The position numbers and the translations under genes were made by a program. A stretch of 64,000 nt of DNA, from positions 448,001 to 512,000 of the forward strand of contig JASGJN010000020.1 of the NCBI GenBank assembly GCA_049840735.1, in the 5' to 3' direction. Shown one piece after another: positions 55,301 through 61,607 of the stretch (position 1 is its first letter; each line of letters opens with the position of its first letter). This DNA is from Anaeromyxobacter sp. (lineage in GTDB: Bacteria; Myxococcota; Myxococcia; Myxococcales; Anaeromyxobacteraceae). Below the pieces are notes generated by a model that was given only the letters and a program-made list of their open reading frames with translations, had not been told where the DNA came from and searched no databases.

Positions 55301-55838
55301 CGCGGGCGCGGCGCCGGCGCTGCTGCGCCGCCTGGGCGACGCCTACGAGGCGCTGCGCGCCGGCGTGGGCGGGGCCGGGAAGCCGCCCCAGGTCTACGGC
55401 GCCTTCCCGCTCGACCCCTACTCGCACACGCCGGCCGGCGCCGGCGCGCGCCAGCCGGGCATGACCGGCCAGGTGAAGGAGGAGGTCATCACGCGCCTGG
55501 GCGAGCTGGGCGTCCGGGTGCAGGGCGGCCGGGTCCGCTTCCAGCCGCTGCTCCTGCGCCGGGCCGAGTTCCTGGAGGCCCCGGCCACGCTCGAGACCTT
55601 CGACCTGCGGGGCCAGCGGCTCCGGCTCCCGGTCCCGGCCGGCGCGCTGGCCTTCACCTACTGCCAGGTCCCGGTGATTTACCGCCTCGCCGCCACCCCC
55701 CGCGTCGAGCTCACCGCCGCGGACGGCGCGGCGCGCTCCTTCCCCGGCGACACCCTCGACGCCGCCACGTCGGCCGAGCTCTTCGGCCGCACCGGCAGCG
55801 TCCGCCTCCTCACCGTCGACACCCAGCCCGGCCGCTGA
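52368..55838 (+). CDS. GH149-like beta-1,3-glucan phosphorylase
   Basis: 1156 aa, no signal peptide; LPLTFSRRHGDPSRPWN, YQGNWRDIFQNWEAL, GYWGDHQ, WMNTQRPEWNDANNAL, YEGLGSIYWHM, DPYSHTP...QPGMTGQVKE, recalled as GH149 blocks; GH16 and GH1 neighbours. Confidence 0.75.
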   Translation: MTSPSPLHLGQTPLAPPPGPVTGRLTDAFGERCYVIENAQALPPFLVSVVSDADHWLFAASHGPLSAGRRSPATALFPYVTEDRIHDSAGLTGPVAALRVTRDGRTQLWRPLRADDGLAYRVVRRLYKNVLGNRLVYEEENLDLGLVYRTGWQTSARFGFVRECELLNRGGPAEVALLDGLVNLLPADVDDALQGSLSVLVDAYKRNEQVAGTPLALYTLAAQVVDRAEPRESLHATTVWSHGLPAARIHLEAEALPRFERGLAPAPQDEVRGRRGAYLAEAQLALPAGAGARWLMVADVARPQHAVAALADQLRDAAGAAEAVRADVRRGSERLLRIVASTDGLQRTADELATAHHTANVLFNDLRGGVPAAGGELPGRDLEAHVARMSGAVARRHAFFLATLPDLAPRAEVLEQVEALGDPDLLRLVLEYLPLTFSRRHGDPSRPWNRFDIHVRDAAGRERLHYQGNWRDIFQNWEALALSWPALAEGFVARFVNASTADGHNPYRISKDGIDWETPDPDHPWATIGYWGDHQLIYLLRLLQVSLRHHPERLRALLGRSLFTYADVPYELVPWDEILRDPRATIRFDAPKHARLAARARTEGADARLLHGPDGLHRVTLVEKLLVPALAKLANLVPGGGIWMNTQRPEWNDANNALVGHGLSVVTLCHLEAYLTFLPQLLAPLRGTAVPLSPEVAGWAEATRAALEGHLALLSGAPDDAARGALMAALGRPAGAYRQRLYRHGLSAPAPAPVDELLALVAVALRFVRDGLARNRRADGLFHAYNLLVPRGACAFGIEPLPEMLEGQVAALGTGMVGPEAALEVLAALRRSALYREDQQSYTLYPDRQLPRFLEKNVIPDAELTRVPELGRLLDSGAGPGGPILRRDAQGKVRFEAGFHNADACRAALEALREAGRAGLDAAGVEAVLAAYERVFNHRAFTGRSGSMFAYEGLGSIYWHMVAKLLVAVQEQLFAAADAGAAPALLRRLGDAYEALRAGVGGAGKPPQVYGAFPLDPYSHTPAGAGARQPGMTGQVKEEVITRLGELGVRVQGGRVRFQPLLLRRAEFLEAPATLETFDLRGQRLRLPVPAGALAFTYCQVPVIYRLAATPRVELTAADGAARSFPGDTLDAATSAELFGRTGSVRLLTVDTQPGR

Positions 55839-55840
55839 CC

Positions 55841-57235
55841 ATGACCCGCCTGACCTTCCCCCCTGGTTTCGTCTTCGGCGCCGCCACCTCGGCGTTCCAG
55901 ATCGAGGGCGCACCGGCCGCAGACGGCCGCGGCGAGTCGATCTGGGACCGCTTCTGCGCCACCCCCGGCGCCATCGCCGACGGCACCGACGGCCGCGTGG
56001 CCTGCGACCACTACCACCGCTGGCCCGAGGACCTGGCCCTGATGCGCGAGCTGGGGCTGCAGTCCTACCGGTTCTCCATCAGCTGGCCGCGGGTCTTCCC
56101 GGACGGCGCCGGACCGGTCAACGCGCGCGGCCTCGACTTCTACGACCGGCTGGTGGACGCGCTGCTGGCGAACGGCATCGAGCCCTTCGTGACCCTCTAC
56201 CACTGGGACCTGCCGCAGGCCCTCGAGGAGCGGGGCGGCTGGGCCTGGCGCGGCGTGGTGGACCGCTTCGTGGACCTGGCCGACGCGGTGGCGGGCCGGC
56301 TGGGGGACCGCGTCACCCGCTGGGCCACCCACAACGAGCCCTGGTGCGTCTCGCACCTGGGCTACGAGATCGGGGCGCAGGCGCCCGGCCGGAAGGACCC
56401 GGCGGCGGCGCTGGCCGTGGCCCACCACGTGCTGCTCTCGCACGGCCGCGCGGTGCCGGTGATCCGGGCCCGGGCCCCGGGGGCGCAGGTGGGCATCGTG
56501 CTCAACCTGGTGCCGGCCTACCCGGCCTCTCCCAGCGCCGCCGACGCGGAGGCCACCCGCGCCTTCGACGGCTTCTTCAACCGCTGGTACCTCGATCCGC
56601 TCTTCCGCGCGCGTTACCCCGAGGACGCCGTCGCGGACCGGGTCCGGCAGGGTCACCTGCCGGGCCCGGTGCTTCCCTTCGTGGCCGAGGGCGACCTCGA
56701 GGCCATCTCCGCGCCCATCGACTTCCTGGGGGTGAACTACTACAACCGCGGCGTCATCCGCAGCAGCGCCGTCCCGGAGGCGGAGAACCTGCCCCGCACC
56801 CTGCCCCTCCCGCGCCCGGAGGAGCTGACCGACATGGGCTGGGAGGACGTGCCGCACGCGCTGGAGGACCTGCTGGCGCGGCTCTACCGCGAGTATCGCC
56901 CCCGCGCCCTGGTCATCGCCGAGAACGGCTGCGCCTACGCCGACGGGCCCGACGCGGCCGGGCGCGTGGCCGACGCCCGGCGGGTGGAGTTCCTGCGCGG
57001 CCACCTGGCCGCCTGCGCCCGCGCCGCGGCGGCCGGCGTGCCGCTGCGCGCCTTCTACTACTGGTCCCTGCTCGACAACTTCGAGTGGGCCCACGGCTAC
57101 ACCAAGCGGTTCGGCCTCATCCACGTCGACTACGCCACCCAGCAGCGGACCCCCAAGGACAGCGCGCGCTTCTACCGCGAGGTGATCGCGGCGCGCGCGG
57201 TGAACGAAGCCAGCAGCGAGGAGAAGCGCCCATGA
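55841..57235 (+). CDS. GH1 beta-glucosidase
   Basis: FVFGAATSAFQIEG, YRFSISWPR, TLYHWDLP, THNEP, IAENG, WSLLDNFEW. Confidence 0.96.
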   Translation: MTRLTFPPGFVFGAATSAFQIEGAPAADGRGESIWDRFCATPGAIADGTDGRVACDHYHRWPEDLALMRELGLQSYRFSISWPRVFPDGAGPVNARGLDFYDRLVDALLANGIEPFVTLYHWDLPQALEERGGWAWRGVVDRFVDLADAVAGRLGDRVTRWATHNEPWCVSHLGYEIGAQAPGRKDPAAALAVAHHVLLSHGRAVPVIRARAPGAQVGIVLNLVPAYPASPSAADAEATRAFDGFFNRWYLDPLFRARYPEDAVADRVRQGHLPGPVLPFVAEGDLEAISAPIDFLGVNYYNRGVIRSSAVPEAENLPRTLPLPRPEELTDMGWEDVPHALEDLLARLYREYRPRALVIAENGCAYADGPDAAGRVADARRVEFLRGHLAACARAAAAGVPLRAFYYWSLLDNFEWAHGYTKRFGLIHVDYATQQRTPKDSARFYREVIAARAVNEASSEEKRP

Positions 57236-60200
57236 CCCGCACCCCGATCCGCGCCGCCCGACCGTGGCGGCCCCTCACCTCCCTCGCCGCCGGCCTGGCC
57301 GCCGCCGCGCTGCTGCTGGGCGCCGCCTCCGCCGCCGCCCAGGGCGCGCCCGCCCCCGGCGCGCCGGCCCGGCTCCCCGCGGTCCAGGTGGTCTCCGACG
57401 CCGGCGGCCAGCGGCTGACGGTGGACGGCAAGGACTTCCTGGTGGTGGGCATGAACTGGGACTACGTGCCCATCGGCCAGAACTACAGCTACAGCCTCTG
57501 GACGCAGCCGGACGAGGTGATCACCGCCGCGCTGGACCGCGAGATGCCGCTGCTGCGGGCCATGGGCGTGAACGCCATCCGCCAGTACGTGGGCATCCCG
57601 CCGCGCTGGGTCCGCTACATCCACGAGCGCTACGGCATCTTCACGGTGCTCAACCACACCGTGGCCCGCTACGGCTACACCATCGACGGCGCCTGGGTGC
57701 CGGAGAACAAGATCGACTACTCCGACCCGAAGCTCCGCCAGGCGGTGAAGGCCGAGGTGCTGGGCTACGTGGACCAGTTCAAGGACACCCCCGGCGTCCT
57801 GATCTGGCTGCTGGGCAACGAGAACAACTACGGCCTTCACTGGAAGTCGAGCGAGATCGAGGCGCTCCCGCTGGAGAAGCGGGACGAGGCCCGCGCCCGC
57901 TACCTCTACTCGCTGATGGGCGAGATCACCCTGGAGATCAAGGCCCGGGACGGCCGCCGCCCGGTGGCCATCGCCAACGGCGACGTGCAGTACATCGACC
58001 TCATCGCCCAGGAGTGCAAGGGGCTCGACATCTTCGGCGCCAACGTCTACCGCGGCGTCTCCGCGCTGGACCTGTTCCAGGTGGTGAAGGACCGCCTCGG
58101 CCTGCCGGTGCTCTTCACCGAGTTCGGCGCCGACGCCTACGACGCCAGGGCCGGGCGCGAGGACGACCTCCCGCAGGCGCGCTACCTGCTCGCGCAGTGG
58201 GAGGAGATCTACGAGCAGTCCGCCGGCAAGGGGCGGGTCGGGAACGCCATCGGCGGCCTCACCTTCCAGTTCAGCGACGGCTGGTGGAAGTACCGCCAGG
58301 AGGTGAACCTCGACCTCCACGACACCAACGCGTCCTGGCCGAACGGCGGCTACCTGTACGACTACGTGAAGGGCAAGAACAACATGAACGAGGAGTGGTG
58401 GGGGCTCTGCGCCAAGGGGCCGCCCGACGCGCAGGGGCTCTACGACCTCTACCCGCGCACCGCCTACTACGTCCTCCAGCAGGCCTACCGGCTCCCGCCC
58501 TACGGCGCGGGCACCAGCCTCGACGCCATCCGCGGCCACTTCGGCGCCATCGACCCCATCACCTACGCGCGCAACTACCGGAACGACAAGGCCGCCGCGG
58601 CGGCCGCCAGCACCGACAAGGTCCGGCTCAAGAACGTGGTGATGAAGTTCGAGACCTACTCCACCGGAGCGCAGGGCGACGTGGTCGCGGCCGACGGCCC
58701 GCCCCGCGGGTTCGACCACATGGAGTCCTTCTTCGCCACCGCCGAGGTGAAGCCCACCGAGCGCGTGGTGGCCGACCTCTCGCTGAACGTGCTGGGCCAC
58801 GTGGCCTCGAACCCCATCGACGAGATCTTCTACGAGCGGCGCGGCAAGCCGGTGACGCTCACCACCCCTGACGGCTCCACCACCATGGACGGCGTGGAGC
58901 GGGTCAAGATTTACGGCGCGAGCGTGGCCTGGGACGACGACTGGTTCCGCCTGGACGGCTTCTACCGCACCGGCCACTACCACTGGCAGGCCGAGGGCGA
59001 CTTCTTCGGCGTCTACCGCGAGGCCAACTACGGCCCCAACCTGGACACCTACAACGCCGACGCGCCGCTGGGCGTCGAGCTCGCCGGCAAGCAGGCGCTG
59101 GAGGGGTTCAAGATCGCCTTCGGCCCGCAGCTGTGGTGGGGCGCCAACCCGGCCATCGTGGGCAAGTACCGGGTGCAGCTGGGCCGCTTCGACGTGTCGC
59201 TGGTCCACCACGAGGACCTGGCCAAGCAGACCTCCTTCACCGCCTCCTCCTCCGTCCCGCTGCCGCCCACCCGCTCCACCAGCGTCTCGGTGGCCACCGA
59301 CCTCGGGCCCATCGCCGTCCGCGCCGGCGCCATCATGGGCGGCTTCAACAAGGTGGGCGACACGTTCCGCACCGACAAGGGCAACCTGGACGAGATCCGC
59401 AACAGCGACACGCTGGGCGGCAAGCTGAAGCTGCAGGTGGAGCGCGGCCGGTACCACTGGTACGCGCAGGGCGCGTACATGGGGCTGGTGGCCGACGGCG
59501 GCCCCACCTCCGAGCTGACCTACACCGGCTGGGCGCTGCGCGACAGCGGCTCCGGCAACCAGGTCAACGCCATGACCGGCGTGAACGTGATCCTGGGCGA
59601 CTGGCAGGTCGCCCCCAACGTCCTGTGGCAGAAGCCGCTGGAGGGACCGACCGGCAACCGCTGGATGCAGGAGAACAACCCGGAGCGCGCCGACGGCAAG
59701 CCGGACCCGTTCGCCGTGCGCGGCAACCGCGAGCTGGTCGGGGGCGAGGTGATCCTGGCCTACGACCCGACCCCCGCCACCTGGCTCTGGGCCTGGGACA
59801 GCGACGCCCGCGAGGACGCCAGGCTGGCCGGGTCGATCTCCTTCATCGGCCGGCACCAGCCGACCTCGATGGACAACGGCACCGGGTACCTCGAGGACGG
59901 CGTCACGCTCATCCCCATCGGCGCGCCGCCGGCGCACGACCTGTGGGAGATCCGGGCGCGCCTCATCTCCGCCGTGAGCCATGACCTGCGCATCGGCGGG
60001 CACGCGTGGGTGGGCACGGCCGAGCCGAACGGCTCCGCCACCCGGCTGGTGCACCGGCAGGGCGCGGACCTGATGGTCGGGTACAAGACCTTCCGGCTCT
60101 CGGCCTACGCCAAGCGCCAGGACTACGGCCCGTACGACTACCACCGCGACTTCAACATGACCTTCCCGCTGCAGCTCATGGGCGACGTGTCGTGGGGCGT

Positions 60201-60357
60201 CGCCATGCCGAACTGGTACGGCCACCTCGACACGCGCTGGGGCGTCCGCGGGACCATCCGCACGCTGGACTGGTACTCCAACCGCGCCGACACCTCGCTC
60301 GCCAGCCCCGACGGCAACGAGTACGAGATCCGCACCTACGTGAACATCGGCCTGTAA
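57232..60357 (+). CDS. Secreted clan GH-A (GH2-like TIM barrel) glycoside hydrolase fused to a predicted outer-membrane beta-barrel
   Basis: Signal peptide, MGVNAIRQY, WLLGNENNYG (acid/base), FTEFGAD (nucleophile); C-half of alternating aromatic/Gly strands ending YEIRTYVNIGL. Confidence 0.75.
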   Translation: MTRTPIRAARPWRPLTSLAAGLAAAALLLGAASAAAQGAPAPGAPARLPAVQVVSDAGGQRLTVDGKDFLVVGMNWDYVPIGQNYSYSLWTQPDEVITAALDREMPLLRAMGVNAIRQYVGIPPRWVRYIHERYGIFTVLNHTVARYGYTIDGAWVPENKIDYSDPKLRQAVKAEVLGYVDQFKDTPGVLIWLLGNENNYGLHWKSSEIEALPLEKRDEARARYLYSLMGEITLEIKARDGRRPVAIANGDVQYIDLIAQECKGLDIFGANVYRGVSALDLFQVVKDRLGLPVLFTEFGADAYDARAGREDDLPQARYLLAQWEEIYEQSAGKGRVGNAIGGLTFQFSDGWWKYRQEVNLDLHDTNASWPNGGYLYDYVKGKNNMNEEWWGLCAKGPPDAQGLYDLYPRTAYYVLQQAYRLPPYGAGTSLDAIRGHFGAIDPITYARNYRNDKAAAAAASTDKVRLKNVVMKFETYSTGAQGDVVAADGPPRGFDHMESFFATAEVKPTERVVADLSLNVLGHVASNPIDEIFYERRGKPVTLTTPDGSTTMDGVERVKIYGASVAWDDDWFRLDGFYRTGHYHWQAEGDFFGVYREANYGPNLDTYNADAPLGVELAGKQALEGFKIAFGPQLWWGANPAIVGKYRVQLGRFDVSLVHHEDLAKQTSFTASSSVPLPPTRSTSVSVATDLGPIAVRAGAIMGGFNKVGDTFRTDKGNLDEIRNSDTLGGKLKLQVERGRYHWYAQGAYMGLVADGGPTSELTYTGWALRDSGSGNQVNAMTGVNVILGDWQVAPNVLWQKPLEGPTGNRWMQENNPERADGKPDPFAVRGNRELVGGEVILAYDPTPATWLWAWDSDAREDARLAGSISFIGRHQPTSMDNGTGYLEDGVTLIPIGAPPAHDLWEIRARLISAVSHDLRIGGHAWVGTAEPNGSATRLVHRQGADLMVGYKTFRLSAYAKRQDYGPYDYHRDFNMTFPLQLMGDVSWGVAMPNWYGHLDTRWGVRGTIRTLDWYSNRADTSLASPDGNEYEIRTYVNIGL

Positions 60358-60391
60358 CGCCGGCGGCGAGGCTCCCCTCCTCGCGCCCCTG

Positions 60392-60433
60392 GGGCCGCAG
60401 CGCGTCTTCCCCGGACGCGCTGCGGCCCGCTTT
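60392..60433 (+). terminator. Strong hairpin after the glucan operon
   Basis: GGGCCGCAGCGCGTC-TTCCCCG-GACGCGCTGCGGCCC perfect 15-bp stem followed by GCTTT. Confidence 0.6.
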
Positions 60434-60562
60434 GCGTGGGCGGAGCGTTCGCGCGCGCTGTTCCCGGCCGCCACGCAGGATCGGCCCCGCAGGCTCGCCC
60501 CCGCGGTTCTCGCCCTCCAAGTCTCGCTCCCGCGCGCCCGCAGCCTCGCCTCGCGCTCCGCT

Positions 60563-60730
60563 CCCCCCGCACCCGTCCCCCCGCACCCGTCCCCCCGCAC
60601 CCGTCCCCCCGCACCCGTCCCCCCGCACCCGTCCCCCCGCACCCGTCCCCCCGCACCAATCCCCCCCGCACCCGTCCCCAACGCACCCGTCCCCCCGCAC
60701 CCGTCCCCCCGCACCAATCCCCCCCGCACT
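60563..60730. repeat. 14-bp tandem repeat (CCCCCCGCACCCGT), about 12 copies
   Basis: Six perfect units at 60563-60646, then variants (…GCACCAAT, C7, CCCCAACGCA). Confidence 0.95.
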
Positions 60731-60824
60731 CCGCTCGCCCATCAGCTCCCCCGTCCCGCAGCGCCGCAGGGCGGCCGCGGAGCGAGGACAATCCCGCAGG
60801 CCCGCATAGCAGCCCGACCAGGTA

Positions 60825-60984
60825 CGCGCGCGGCACGCTTCGAGCGCTGCGAGCCGGGCACCCGTCCAAAGGCCGCTGGCCGACCGCCGCATGCGAACAC
60901 GGCGCGGGAGTGGACCACTCGCCGGTCGGCCAGCGGCCTGCGTTGTGCCCGGCGAGCGCAGAGACGGAGTGCGGCCCGCGCGCG
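60825..60984. repeat. Long nested inverted repeat (structured element)
   Basis: Pairings 60825-33/60976-84 (9 bp), 60853-61/60945-53 (9 bp), 60870-86/60923-39 (17 bp perfect). Confidence 0.8.
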
Positions 60985-61103
60985 GAGCGTCAAGAGCGGC
61001 CGGGCCGAGGACGTCCGAGCGAAGCGGCCGACCGGAGGCGCGGAGGGGCGGCGCCAAGCAACCGCGCCTCCCCACCACCAGCTGGTCCCGAAACCCCCCG
61101 GTC

Positions 61104-61150
61104 GTCCTTCGACTCCGCGCCCGCCAGGCGGGCGCTACGCTCAGGATGAC
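61104..61150. repeat. REP-like palindromic element (GTCATCCTGAGC...GAAGGA type)
   Basis: Minus strand reads GTCATCCTGAGCGTAGCGCCCGCCTGGCGGGCGCGGAGTCGAAGGAC with an internal 9-bp inverted repeat; resembles widespread intergenic repeats. Confidence 0.65.
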
Positions 61151-61170
61151 CGGTGGTCCGAGCACACGGC

Positions 61171-61409
61171 GGTCATCCCGTTCATCCCGTTCATCCCGTT
61201 CATCCCGTTCATCCCGTTCATCCCGTTCATCCCGGTCATCCCGGTCATCCCGGTCATCCCGGTCATCCCGGTCATCCCGGTCATCCCGGTCATCCCGGTC
61301 ATCCCGGTCATCCCGGTCATCCCGGTCATCCCGGTCATCCCGCTCGTCCCGCTCGTCCCGGGTCGTCCCGGTTGTCCCGGACGCCCCGGTCGCCCCGGTC
61401 ATCCGGGTC
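61171..61409. repeat. 9-bp tandem repeat TCATCCCG(T/G): 6 T-type plus 12 G-type units, then degenerate copies
   Basis: Read directly; matches the MNG x6 / MTG x12 translation in the ORF track. Confidence 0.95.
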
Positions 61410-61533
61410 GGCCTGGGGGGCCCGGTCCCCCCCGGTCGGCCTGCTTGAGTGGGGAGCCCGTGACCTGGTCGGCCGAGACCGCCAGTGGCCACTCCCGGCC
61501 CCCAGGGTTCGTGGCGGCTTCGCCGGCCCGAGC

Positions 61534-61572
61534 AGAAGAAAGGCCCGCCGGCGCGATTGCGCGGGCGGGCCT
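61534..61572 (-). terminator. Intrinsic terminator of the GH16 gene
   Basis: Minus strand AGGCCCGCC-C-GCGC-AATC-GCGC-C-GGCGGGCCT followed by TTCTTCT, about 35 nt after the stop. Confidence 0.65.
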
Positions 61573-61607
61573 CGCGGAGCCGGCTGGCCCCGTTTCTCGA
61601 CGGTCTG

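Noticed and set aside
60563..61409. Tandem arrays as a CRISPR array
   Set aside because: Units are 14 and 9 bp, head to tail, with no unique spacers, and no cas genes are present
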